Shown here in pieces: positions 24,101-34,430 of a DNA stretch of 64,000 bases; position 1 is the first letter of the stretch, and each line of letters begins with the position of its first letter. The notes beneath the pieces are model-generated. The model ran no database searches, was not told the origin of the DNA, and worked only from the letters and a program-made list of their open reading frames with translations. This stretch comes from Phoronis australis (taxonomy: Eukaryota > Animalia > Phoronida). The stretch covers positions 24,842-88,841 of the forward strand of contig NMRA01000486.1 in the NCBI GenBank assembly GCA_002633005.1, given 5' to 3'. The position numbers and the translations under genes are program-made.

Positions 24101-27100
24101 CTACAAAATCTGGCCCACCGACTATTGCTGATTTCTGCCAGAATAACTTTTTACCTGCTAACTCGATTCACAATCTTATTTTGTGGTGAACAAGATTTTT
24201 TGTTACTGTCACTACCTTGGAGCAGATTTTAAAATAACGTTTTTAGTATAAATTGTAAATTAAACTTTTTAACTTTTTTAATGGTCAAAAATCTGATTAT
24301 TTTCTTATTATTTTGTAATATGAACCTGGCTGTGTAATTTTATATGTTGTACCATGGAAATAGGCAAGCTTTATGTCACATTGACCTTTGACCTTACAGC
24401 TTACTGCTAAGAACATTCAGTGCATGCGGGCTATATTGAGTGTGGCCCATTGTCATGGAGGCATTCTGGGAACAGCCTGGCATATGGTAGTCACTACACT
24501 ACAGGTAAGGACACCTGGTGGTAATTTCTACTATATTGAGCATAGCCTGTTGTCATGAACAAGTATATTAAGCGCAGCTTAGCATGTGGTGGTCACTGCA
24601 CTACAGGTAAGGACACCTGGTGGTCATTTCTACTGTATCGAGCATAGCCTGTTGTCATGAACAAGTATATTAAGCGCAGCTTAGCATGTGGTGGTCACTG
24701 CACTACAGGTAAGGACCCCTGGTGGTCATTTCTAGTACCCGGTGCATACTCACCATTGTCAACTTATAAGCTAGAAGAATTGTCATTCACTAAAACCTAA
24801 GCCCTGGGCCAACTGTCGCTGTGTACATTGGGCTGATAGTCCTTACAGCCTGTTCAAGCCATGTTCATAATTTAGCTCTTGCAAAGCATGGATTTGTAGC
24901 TGGAGTCAGAACGATGACCATCTAGAAGTGTCATAATTAGTTTTAAATATAAAAGAAAATCTTGTCTGCTTTAGCTTTTGCAGACTTTCCATTAAATTCG
25001 AGAAATAAAGTGCTACACGTTATAAATAAATTACGCGACCACAAATTATTTGTATGCAAGTTGCATCCTAGCTGAGCACAAAGATAACAATTAGCCTAAA
25101 GTTAAGGATATCTCAAACCTTATTCACAAAAATTGTCAATTTTTACAATATTTCATGTGTCTAGCAAAATACCTTATCTTCATTCTCGGGGAACTTACAA
25201 AATATATGCTGTGTAGAAAAAAAAATTTAGAACCACCTTGGAACCGCACAACCGCATGGATATGTGTTTACTACTTATCCAAGGTCAAAGGTTACAGGGC
25301 GGTCACTCAAATCAAATCTCCCACCAGGTACAGAGCAGCTTCGTATGTACCCTTCGTTCTTTCATTCACCGAGTCGCTGTATTAGAGTCAACGAGGTGTA
25401 CTTATGATAGAACGGTGCCGGGGAAAACAAAGACAAAACAGTTTTGATCCTAAGGGAGTTGTACGTGCATGCGACTGTTGTGAACGAATGCTACAAGTCG
25501 CCTCATGCCATCTGTGGTCATGAACATAACACAAGTTGTGAAATGAGATAAATCTTCACCCAAATTCAGTGTTTCGATCTCATGCAAACGACATGCTTTG
25601 ACTACCGACTCGATTTTTGTTATCCTTTTCATACTTGGTTTTGTATCAGTCTCCCGGCACGTGATGTGTACAGACTGTGTTAATAACAATGAACTGTGAC
25701 CTATTTTAAGTAGGTCAAGTAACAGTAACAGTTGGTCTTACCTCGTGGCTGAGGACGGTACGTTTTAATGATAATTAAGTTAATTGCGCACTGTAAATTC
25801 GAGTGAATGTTGAAATAGCTAACATATTTAAGGCTTGTATAGGTTATATGTACCAAGAACAAGTTTTCACCAAATAATTAACCAAAGACTTTGAGATTGT
25901 CACTCGTCCCAGTTTAATCGGCTTTTTCTTGGCTTCTGCAGATCGACTTTATTTGAACTTAGGAACACGAGTTGTTGAAAATAGCTTGGTGGAATTTGCT
26001 GAAACTTTACAAACTTGATATTTATTCATCAATCTCAAAAACGCTTTTAGGATTTTCGCTAAAAAGGCCTAGTTTTTGCATAATGTAACAAAGACGAATA
26101 CGACTTCTATTTTTGACAAAAATTCCTTACGTTTTGCGATTTGATTTGTCATAGAAACCAAACGAAAGGACTAATTGAAAATTCCTAACAGCGTTTTGAG
26201 GTAACTGGTGAAGTTTTCGTTTAAAAAAGGTTTCATTAAAATTGACCGAGTGGTTATTTTACTGTGAATATACCTTTCTTAAAAATAAAATTTTGACTTA
26301 AAAAATGTGTTAACATAATACAAAACATATTTTGATATTCCCTGATCTCTCAGAAAATAATACTTTTACTAGTTAACAATGAAAGCTTATTTTGTTAAAT
26401 ATACTAGTAAGAATGGAAGCCACTAAGTAAGGTTTGAGGAAACCTTAAGTGACTTGTTACTCTGAGGTAACCTTAAGTGACTTGTTACTCTGAGGTAACC
26501 TTAACTGACTTGTTACTCTGAGGTAACCTTAACTGACTTGTTACTCTGAGGAAACCTTAACTGACTTGTTACTCTGAGGTAACCTTAAGTGACTTGTTAC
26601 TCTGAGGTAACCTTAAGTGACTTGTTACTCTGAGGTAACCTTAACTGACTTGTTACTCTGAGGTAACCTTAACTGACTTGTTACTCTGAGGTAACCTTAA
26701 CTGACTTCTTACTCTGAGGTAACCTTAACTGACTTCTTACTCTGTTTCAAAGCTGTGATCCATGTTTCTAAGGAGGTGCAATTGGCCCAACATTTCTGTC
26801 GTGGTTTCATTTTTGATATTGCATTGTGGGCCTTTCATGCTTGCTGGGTTGCATGCAGAGAATGATGAATTGTGTATCTTTCCATCATGTGACATGATGG
26901 TTGGAAATTTCTTGTGATCTGAAGATCATAACTTCCCATAATTCATTTTGCATAAAATGCTTCCTTCTTTCTGTAAAAATGTTAATTGGTGTTTGTGTGT
27001 TTTAAGTCATCCCGTATTATAGCTTCAATGGGTGTACCTGATTATTCCAGCATCTGGTGTGGATCCTTGGCCTTAAGCCGTCTGCTGGAGGCAGTCTCAA

Positions 27101-30100
27101 GGCAGGTAAACAGGCATCAGACAGTCCTAACGCCGTCATCACCACTGCAGCCATGGCTGATCTACCGGTACTCTCTGCAATGTTGTCCAGGCTGTTTGAG
27201 AGTTCTCAGTAAGTCCACGAAACATAGTCACCACACGTGTAACATGCTTCTATGCTAAATATGGTTAGATCTGTTTCACTGTCTTTACAGTAGGTGGCAC
27301 TCAGGACTGCTCTGGCTCTCTGAACTTTTTTAAGACTTAAGTGAAGGAATAATAACAGATAACATGGGACTGGTGCTCTTATCGCCCTCTGTTGTTGACT
27401 AGAAACAAAACTTATTTGAGCCAAATACTTCCACTGCATAAGTAAAATGTCCCGCCTTGATTGACTGTTACCACAAATCAAAAGACATGTTAAACGAGCC
27501 ATGCTTATAAGGGCAGGTAATTAAAGTTTCGAATCTTAAAAATGGGACTGTCCAATGAACTTGCTCAGATTTTGCCCGTAGTACAGTAGACGCCAAAAGC
27601 ACTCAGACAAAATGACTCAGATTCCCCATCATGACAGCTGGGTGGAAGCCAAATTCATCAAGAGAATAGTCTCCCCTGATGACTGAGAATGAAGGGAAAT
27701 TTTCTGAACAATTAGAAGGTGGCTAAGTCATTCTGTAGGTATAGTATTGCCACTTTAATCGTCATTATCAGTCATTTTTGGTGTCAACAGAATTAGCCGT
27801 CATGATGGCAAAACGTTATTGAGTTTAATTACTTTGTCCTGTTCTGCTCTGCGTTTGCTAAAATTACAAATTTTGAAGCCTTACTTTATTGCTACATATG
27901 CTCAGTACTCTGTCAAGCGTTGCTTGATTACAGCCTTACTCCATTGCTACATATGCTCAGTACTCTGTCAAGCGTTGCTTGATTACAGCTGTACATTTGT
28001 TTGTTAATCAATGTTATCCCTGTGACAAAACTTTCCACTTAAAATACTTGTGTTTGCTATGAGCAACCTGTTGAAGTCCACTTTTCCACCTTGTTTTGGC
28101 GTGACTTAAAGACTGTTTACATTCATCTTGTTAATGCAGGTACCTTGATGATGTTGCCCTGCACCACCTGATTGATGCCTTGTGTAAACTGTCAGCAGAG
28201 TCCATGGAGATTGCATACACCAATAGGGTAAGGCAGTGTGGCTAGGCAAAGCAGGTCTGGGACAAGGCGGGTCTGGGGCAAGGTAGGCCTGGGGTGAGGC
28301 AGACCTGGGGCGAGGCAGGCCTGAGGTGAGACAGGCCTGGGGTGAGGCAGGCCTAGGGAGAGGCTGGTCTGTGGAAAGGCAGGTCTGGGGAGAGTCCGGT
28401 CTGGGGCAAGCCAGGTCTGGGGTGAGGCAGGCCTGTGGTGAGGCAGGTCTGGGGAGAGACGGGCTGGGGGCGAGGCGGGTCTGTGGCTTCACTTGAACAA
28501 AACTCTTTGCTAGCAGACAAAAACTTAATCAAGTACATGTTTTTGAAGCTGTCAAGGTTCATTAAATCCATCGACATCTGTTTCGTTCTATCGAAATTCT
28601 AATACATTCGTTTAGGTAATGAATTGGTTTGCCTCAACATCTTTCAGCAAATCAGGGCTCAACATTAACTTTTTAAGCCACTTGCCCTTCGGGCAAGTAT
28701 TTGAAATTTTTACTTGCCCGAACAACGAATTCACTTGCCCCAAGTACAATGCCAAATAGCACCGTGCATGTGCACATAGGTAATGTGTCACCATAGGGCT
28801 GCCTGTGCTGAGCCTCCTCTTGTGTTGTGCACGCTATATACACGAGTTGCTATTTTTTAACGATTCTTCTTATAGAACATTTATTTATAAGGTGTGTCAA
28901 AACACTAAAGAGACAAATTAGAAGAGTTTCTCCGGTATCTGAACCATTGTCACACGATCACAGGCGCCGAAATGATCTAGGGCATGAACTCTAGACACTT
29001 CTGTGTATTCATTAGTTTATAAAAGCCCTCATGCATTAAACTTGAGTTGTTGCTAACCTGAATTTCAATTTTTGCTATCCGTAAAAATCTTGCACAGTTT
29101 TGGTCATCGGTACCTTGTATTAAATTAAAATCAAATTTTAACATATAATAATGCCACATATACTTTTATTTTCAATAAATAATTACATTTTTGAAAAATA
29201 GATAGACCGCGAAAAAGTCACCCTTCAGACTTCAGAGCGGCAATCCCAAAGACCATATTCCTCTTCTTTCGGAAGTCGCCACCAGGAGCCGGGAATTCAT
29301 AAGAATGTCCTTTGGAATTCCCCTGAATAAATACCAGGCCTTTTAAACTGCTGTGTTGTGTAAAAAATATGTCGTCAATCATTCACTTTTTAGCTTTTGC
29401 GCTTATCTGTATGACTTACATCCGCAGACGAACGCGGTGCTTCCAGCTGTACATGGGTAAACGCCGGCAAAAATCAAACGTCATCCCTTGTTCACTGTCT
29501 CGCAGGCCAGAAAACCTAATTTCCCATGACGGAACCCATCCCCGCACTCTTTTCGTTTCATATTATTGCTTTGATTCTTCCTGAACTCGTTTTTTAGCAA
29601 CTAAACCAATGCCGTCCAGGCCTGGACGGCTTCCATGTTTAGACGTTTTGCCAGAGTGCAGACGATCAGTAGTATCACGTGACAACTTATTCAGAAACTG
29701 CAGGGCACGTTCAGAGAATCGAAAGGATTTGACCGCGAGCGTCATCTGTGCACGCTGCATCACACTCGTTCTATTTTCCTTTCGGTGCTCATTCGAAGAC
29801 GGGAGTTTCTTTGACAGCCACAGGGGCTTTTTCGACGGTTTTTAGGCTTGTGTCGGGGTTCGTTACTTTGGAGCAAATGTCGAGCAGACAATCTTAGGAT
29901 CTACTTGCCTATGCGGCTAGCTTTTTAACTTGCCCATCGGGCAAGTACTTTTCAAATTCCACTTGCCCGACGCAAAATCAACATGTACACGGGCAATCGG
30001 GCAACCGTTAGTGTTGAGCCCTGCAAATTGTGCTTGATGTTGTTGGGTTGTGGTCCAAAAGGTGGCGCTTTCGTAAAAGCCAATTCAAAGTCTATGTTAC

Positions 30101-31679
30101 CTCTAACCTGAGTAGTAAGAACATAGCATACGTTTTAGTAAACCTTGTTATACATGAAATTAATCCCAGTTCGTCTACTTGCAGCTAGGAGTTAAATGTA
30201 GCCCTGAGGATGTTGTAAGCGCTATTGTTGCAATATTCTCACACATACTGCATATTCTATGGACTTGAAATTAAATCTAGTGTAATCACGTGCTTTATTG
30301 GTAATGTACGGCTACATGTCACAAAAGCTTGCATGGTCTCACTTTTCTGACTATAAACTTGCTCTATGACTTGCAGTCCAGCTAAAAGTTATTTGTATGA
30401 ATAGTGACTTGTGTCTTGCGGCTTGATGATGACAAGGCTCCTAACTCATGGAATGAAATTATTGTGAAACGTGTGTGAAGACTCTCTGTGCTCGCAGGTA
30501 GTGATTAAGTAAATTGTGTCTACAGATGGTTGACCACCGTAGGTAGTCATTATATTAAGTGAAGATTATGGTGCAAAAACTGAAAGGAAATAATGGATTG
30601 GATAATTACGGTTTTTGTTTCTTTTTTTCAATAGATAGTTTATTGAGTATTATTGGTTTTTAATGTGTTCTATTTTCATTCTCACCTGGGTTAACACCTG
30701 TGATCTATACGTACTTGTCGCTAAGGTGGTCCTTGGCAGTTTGCTTGCGAAACACTCCAAATAATTTGAATTTCACAGCACTTCAAATTCTTACTGAACT
30801 CAGTGTTATAAACCATGAAGAACCACGTCTGTACCAAACTTATGTAAGACTGTTTTAGCTGTGATTGAGGGTACCCGTTGATAAAACGAGCCCAGGGCTT
30901 TAAAACCGTGGAACACTAAACTAGCAGTGCATTTTAAGTAGGGTATAATCTTATCAAAACATAGTGTTTGTTGTTCGCAAGTTCTTCCTATTTAGGAAAT
31001 GAAGTTATTTGTAGATTGGGGAGTCACAAGTTATTTGTAGATTGGGAAGTCACAAGTTATTTGTAGATTGGGGAGTCACAAGTTATTTTACTTTCAGGAT
31101 CAACAGTCCTATCTACAATGGGGAGTTGAATGTTTAATGGAAAATGGCTGTTTGAATGTGAAAGTTTGAAATTTCAAATTTGGGCATTGAGCTGATGATA
31201 GGGTTTAAATTGGACAAATATGGTGTGTGTTGTATTACATAATCTTTTAACATTTTTTTATTCATACTATAATATTTCAATTACTTAAAGCTAATCACTT
31301 TAATATTTTGAACTCACAATTGAAATTTAAATTAGCAAATTACTTTTATGCGGTGATGAAAAACAAATAACGTACTTTTATTTCATGCTCTGAAGAATGT
31401 AAATAATTACGTTCAGTACTCAAAAAAATAGTTGAGCGCTAATCATATACATGTAAATTTCTGGTCATGTGATACTTTTCTATCATCGCATTAAAATCCG
31501 TTCTCATGAGTGAAGATTTTGAAAAGAAAAACGTCTGTCGTTGTTGATCTTTGTCCTATGATGACGTGTACTTTCAGGAACCGTCCCTGTTTGCTGTGGC
31601 CAAACTGTTGGAGACTGGACTGGTCAATCTAGTGAGAGTGGAGGTATTGTGGAGACCAGTCACGGCTCACCTGCTGGAG
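6035..31679 (+). CDS. MON2: MON2 homolog (regulator of endosome-to-Golgi trafficking), 5' part: 19 coding exons, 810 codons, continues beyond the window
   Basis: Exon peptides match MON2 as I recall it ([107 protein letters not shown]). All introns are GT-AG with consistent phases; exon lengths sum to 2430 nt. Confidence 0.96.
6682..6835 (+). repeat. Dispersed repeat of about 150 bp; second copy at about 43628-43790
   Basis: GGCTTAACTGACCA...TTTCCAAGCCGCCATTTTACCCGA.AAACAACATG...GGGTAAAA shared by both loci. Confidence 0.75.
7380..7612. mobile_element. Short MITE (PIF/Harbinger-like termini)
   Basis: GGGGCCTGTTCCAAGAAA ... TTTCTTGGAACGGGTCCC; internal ACTTAAGA subrepeats. Confidence 0.6.
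7806..7872 (+). CDS. MON2: MON2 coding exon 2 ([15 protein letters not shown]...)
   Basis: tgcag| ... G|GTAAGA, phase 0-1. Confidence 0.92.
8524..8651 (+). CDS. MON2: MON2 coding exon 3 ([17 protein letters not shown]...EAISM)
   Basis: tttcag| ... ATG|GTAAC, phase 1-0. Confidence 0.92.
9364..9495 (+). CDS. MON2: MON2 coding exon 4 ([11 protein letters not shown]...ESLAK)
   Basis: ttgtag| ... AAG|GTAATG, 132 nt. Confidence 0.92.
9485..10080. repeat. Compound minisatellite (alternating units of about 40 and 45 bp) starting at the exon 4 donor
   Basis: GGCCTCTACCATAGCAATATGGCTCT.. / GGCCTCTACCATGGGAATGTGGGG.. Confidence 0.9.
10560..10692 (+). CDS. MON2: MON2 coding exon 5 ([10 protein letters not shown]...VFERVVTED)
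   Basis: ttgcag| ... AAG|GTAAGC, phase 0-1. Confidence 0.92.
10930..11240. repeat. Minisatellite of about 36 bp (CATGGGATATCAGTCCCACATGACCTGGGTGTT and variants)
   Basis: Visible tandem periodicity; produces repetitive spurious ORFs. Confidence 0.88.
11597..11697 (+). CDS. MON2: MON2 coding exon 6 (...[15 protein letters not shown])
   Basis: ttatag| ... CAA|GTAAGT, phase 1-0. Confidence 0.88.
12357..12614 (+). mobile_element. tRNA-derived SINE, copy 1
   Basis: A box TGGCCTTGTGG, B box GGTTCGAGTCC, AT-rich tail; 13-bp TSD AAGTGGACCTTCA (12344-12356 and 12615-12627). Confidence 0.85.
12812..12937 (+). CDS. MON2: MON2 coding exon 7 ([30 protein letters not shown]...)
   Basis: tgacag| ... CAG|GTAACT, 126 nt. 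Confidence 0.93.
13491..13685 (+). CDS. MON2: MON2 coding exon 8 ([22 protein letters not shown]...)
   Basis: ttctag| ... CTG|GTTAGT, 195 nt. Confidence 0.93.
14074..14198 (+). CDS. MON2: MON2 coding exon 9 ([16 protein letters not shown]...)
   Basis: ttccag| ... AG|GTAGAC, phase 0-2. Confidence 0.93.
14196..14590. repeat. 46-bp minisatellite, 8-9 copies, each with CAG|GTAG, starting at the exon 9 donor
   Basis: CAGGTAG at 14196, 14242, 14288, 14334, 14380, 14426, 14472, 14518. Confidence 0.92.
14741..14862 (+). CDS. MON2: MON2 coding exon 10 ([22 protein letters not shown]...)
   Basis: ttacag| ... A|GTAAGT, phase 2-1. Confidence 0.92.
15455..16720. repeat. 21-bp minisatellite, about 60 copies (GTACATAGCAGTGCACTAGTT)
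   Basis: Direct inspection. Confidence 0.97.
17115..17268 (+). CDS. MON2: MON2 coding exon 11 (...[14 protein letters not shown]...)
   Basis: tttcag| ... TT|GTAAGT, phase 1-2. Confidence 0.9.
17998..18155 (+). CDS. MON2: MON2 coding exon 12 ([16 protein letters not shown]...)
   Basis: tcacag| ... G|GTAAGA, phase 2-1. Confidence 0.91.
19394..19475 (+). CDS. MON2: MON2 coding exon 13 (...[16 protein letters not shown])
   Basis: ttacag| ... AG|GTAACA, phase 1-2. Confidence 0.9.
20000..20870 (+). mobile_element. CR1/L2-clade LINE reverse transcriptase relic
   Basis: [26 protein letters not shown] (YADD-like), [32 protein letters not shown]; frameshifts. Resembles the 1810-2620 relic. Confidence 0.85.
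21076..21260 (+). CDS. MON2: MON2 coding exon 14 ([11 protein letters not shown]...[22 protein letters not shown])
   Basis: ttgcag| ... G|GTACGA, phase 2-1. Confidence 0.91.
21652..21809 (+). CDS. MON2: MON2 coding exon 15 (...[10 protein letters not shown]...QQGPVM)
   Basis: gtttag| ... ATG|GTTTGT; the phase-compatible acceptor ends at 21651. Confidence 0.82.
21893..24124. mobile_element. Non-autonomous TIR DNA transposon, Academ-like
   Basis: TIR TAGTCGGTGGGCCAGAT / ATCTGGCCCACCGACTA with further subterminal inverted similarity; 3-bp TSD TTG; spans the N gap. Confidence 0.75.
23070..23900. other. Assembly gap (N run)
   Basis: 831 N. Confidence 1.
24400..24504 (+). CDS. MON2: MON2 coding exon 16 ([13 protein letters not shown]...TTLQ)
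   Basis: ttacag| ... CAG|GTAAGG, 105 nt. Confidence 0.93.
25106..26444. mobile_element. TTAA-flanked TIR element (Kolobok-like)
   Basis: ttaa|GGATATCTCAAACCTTA ... TAAGGTTTGAGGAAACC|ttaa. Confidence 0.65.
26435..26745. repeat. 28-bp minisatellite, about 11 copies (TGAGGTAACCTTAASTGACTTGTTACTC)
   Basis: Direct inspection; the first unit overlaps the right TIR and TTAA of the 25106-26444 element. Confidence 0.95.
27051..27208 (+). CDS. MON2: MON2 coding exon 17 ([10 protein letters not shown]...LSRLFESS)
   Basis: ttccag| ... CA|GTAAGT, phase 0-2. Confidence 0.93.
28140..28227 (+). CDS. MON2: MON2 coding exon 18 ([18 protein letters not shown]...NR)
   Basis: atgcag| ... AGG|GTAAGG, phase 2-0. 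Confidence 0.93.
28225..28482. repeat. G-rich 16-bp minisatellite (GGGGTGAGGCAGGYCT) starting at the exon 18 donor
   Basis: About 15 diverged units directly after AGG|GTAAGGCAG. Confidence 0.9.
28653..30023. mobile_element. Non-autonomous hAT-like TIR element
   Basis: TIR CAGGGCTCAACA(T/C)TAAC at both ends, clustered subterminal CTTGCCC/GGGCAAG motifs, flanked by CAAAT on both sides. Confidence 0.8.
31578..31679 (+). CDS. MON2: MON2 coding exon 19 ([17 protein letters not shown]...HLLE)
   Basis: tttcag| ... GAG|GTGAGT, 102 nt. Confidence 0.93.
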
Positions 31680-34344
31680 GTGAGTACTGATTCACTTGAC
31701 TGAGCACGTAGGGGGCAACAAAAATAGATACTAATATCGTCCCCTTGCTTCTTATTGGGATTCGTTCATTCTTGTTGACCTTTGACATTTAGCAATAAGC
31801 ATTTCCGTGGACATGCCTGACAGAAGAAATGTGCTCTTGTGGTCACTGCCTTATTCCTTTTGCTTGCAATCCGTAATTGTTATCCACACTCAGACTTAAC
31901 TTAGGGCAAGTTATTCCTGGAACGATTTGTTGATTGGTTTGAGTGCTGATTGGATGCTATTTAAATTAGCGCAAGTTATCTCACTTGTGATAACTTACTC
32001 CACATTATCGAGGTGGGGTAACGTGCGCTTCTTGTACTCGCTGTGTGGCCACAGAATTGGGGTAGAGCTGATTACATAACAGAATATTATCAGGTGCGAT
32101 TACATAACAGAATATTATCAGATGCGATTACATAACGGAAGGTCTTTTTGTGCGCCATATTCGCATCCGCTGTTCACAGATCGACAACTTCTGCCTTACC
32201 CCAGTTATCGGATGTGTGTGTGTGTGTGTGGTGTGCGTGTGTGCGTGTGTGTGTGTGGTGTGCGTGTGTATGTGGTNGTGGCACTAGGTCAAGTTGTTCT
32301 AGGACGGGACAGTGGTTCCTTAAAATTCTCGAGTTAGGGAAAGCTAAAAATATTTTTCGTTTTGCTCAAGTTGTAAGCTTGTACCAAATTGTAGAAAGAG
32401 GCATTACGTTCGTCCCAAATTCAAGAATTTCCATAATGAATAAAACGATGAAAACGGCGTCGGTGGCCATTTTGAATGATTTTATGAACTGCCTAGTTTA
32501 TTTTCATACTTCAGTGATACAAAATCCCATGCCCAATATTTGAGTAATATGGTGAACGCCAAAACTACCTATGTCCCTGTGGTCAAAATCAAACTGAATT
32601 TCTGTGTCACAAACTTTAGATACTGTCCCAAACTTGTTCCTCCTGCAATTATATAAAGATACGTGCTGCACAGATCTTTAATTAGTAAAATATGCAAAAA
32701 GGTTTTAGGGAAGATGACCTGTCTCTTCTCTCTGGCAATTAAATCCGCTGCCTTAATGTTGCGCCTGTGTTCATTTTTTTGCGTAATTATTTGCTTATGA
32801 ATTAATGTCACAAGTTGAAGGCATGATGGCACTTGTGCAGCTGTGACCACAAAAAAATATTGTCAAAGTCCTCTCGCACTAAACTGGTAATTATCTCCCA
32901 TTGTCATAACCAGGAAGTGAACTATTCACCTTGTGCTCATGCTCTCATGCCTACGCACGACCTCAAAGGTTTTTCAAATCTCACCAATTTTGGACGAAAT
33001 TAATATCCAAGAGTAGCCCTTGGTCATCTCTGTTTTTGCAAACAGCCACAATTTTTCAAAATGTCTGGTGGTGGCTAGGGCACACAACTTGAATGTGGCT
33101 AAGGATTGGTGTGGTGCGACATCTTTGGTGAAAAAATGAGAAAACACAATTTCACTCGTCCACTTTTTCGTTTCTGAAATTGTTGAGATTCCATCTAAGT
33201 ACATTTTAACTAGCAGCGCTGTCAGTTTTGATTATTTTGTTTTGCTCTGGTAACATTCCTAACCAATGCACTGGAATATATGTAACACATGTGGCCTGCT
33301 GTCAATCCATTATGGATGCAGCTGCATGCGCAGCGACCCCTAGTGGTAGTATCTTGATTCACTGATATTGTTGCTCAGTTCTAATGGTGAGAACTGTGTT
33401 GGTTACACCTATGTCCCATAGTGAGATACACATGCATGTGCTTACTCCGCACACCTAGGTGCATTTGTGCATAATTATTGGCAGGACAGCGCAGCATTGT
33501 GGTTTGTGCCTCAGTTGTGCGAGTTTTGTGTTGGCTGGCAGTCTACTAGCACTGATCTCCTGTCTCTTGCTTTCTTGCTTTCTTGTACTCGGTCTCGAGT
33601 ATGTATAAGAGAATGAACCAAGCGACAATATATTAATGACATTTGTGGGTAGGAGTAGCCAGCAGTGATTAGGCTGTCTGCCTTGTTAATTGTTGTGTAT
33701 GCGATCCAATGACATCACATAATGACGTCATGTGTAAGTGGAAAGTTTTCAAATTATCTGTCAATAAAGTAACGTTTGGTCGAATTGTGTACTCTTTTTT
33801 GGATTGGTTGTTCATCATGTCTGACCAAAGAATGTCATTTTGTCACAGCTCTACGGCGTCTAGAAGTAGATCAGTCTTCAAGAAATGATCGATGAGTTTT
33901 GTACAAACTTGTGCGTCTTCATTCAAAGGCGTTAACAAAAATCACCACGGAAACTGTTAGTTCTTTATTGACTTTTTTGGAGTTGAATGTATTTGTCAAG
34001 TTTTTGCATGAAAATTACAGTTAACCTGGAGTAAGGGACAAGCAGGTGTATTCCCATATTAAAAGGTATGGGTTATGCAACCATGTGCTTAATATAAGGT
34101 GCTTCATATTTTATGCAACCAGCTCAGGGGATTATGGAATGATCATATTGTGTCTTTAAAGAAAGTCAAACCAGAAGATGTTGACCAAGTAATAGATCGA
34201 TAGCCGGACTTTGTTGTGGGCGTCCTTTAATGAAGGCTGGTAGTCGAAATTTTATAGCAATATTCTACAAACTGTTTGAATTTCTGTCAGCAACTTCATC
34301 GTGATTTACGTCTTGGTACAACAACGTTAAACCGCAATAGAATA

Positions 34345-34430
34345 TTTATTTATTTATTTATTGTGTGATATTTAAAATGAGGGTGGCCTCTTCAGTGATA
34401 GCACTGCTTTCTAAGAGGGCCCTCAACAAG
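34345..34430 (-). mobile_element. Probable CR1-type LINE/SINE 3' end (stem-loop plus (ATTT)n tail)
   Basis: gagggtggcctctt...aagagggccctc inverted pairing next to an ATTT repeat. Confidence 0.4.

Noticed and set aside
26435-26745. 28-bp and 32-bp (38515-38700) repeats of CRISPR-like length
   Set aside because: Head-to-tail with no unique spacers, no cas genes, eukaryotic context.
28106-28577. Pro-rich minus-strand ORFs
   Set aside because: Antisense translation of the G-rich repeat and exon 18.
30526-30542. Possible MON2 micro-exon (tacag|ATGGTTGACCACCGTAG|gtag)
   Set aside because: 13 or 17 nt would break the frame; exons 18 and 19 already join in frame.
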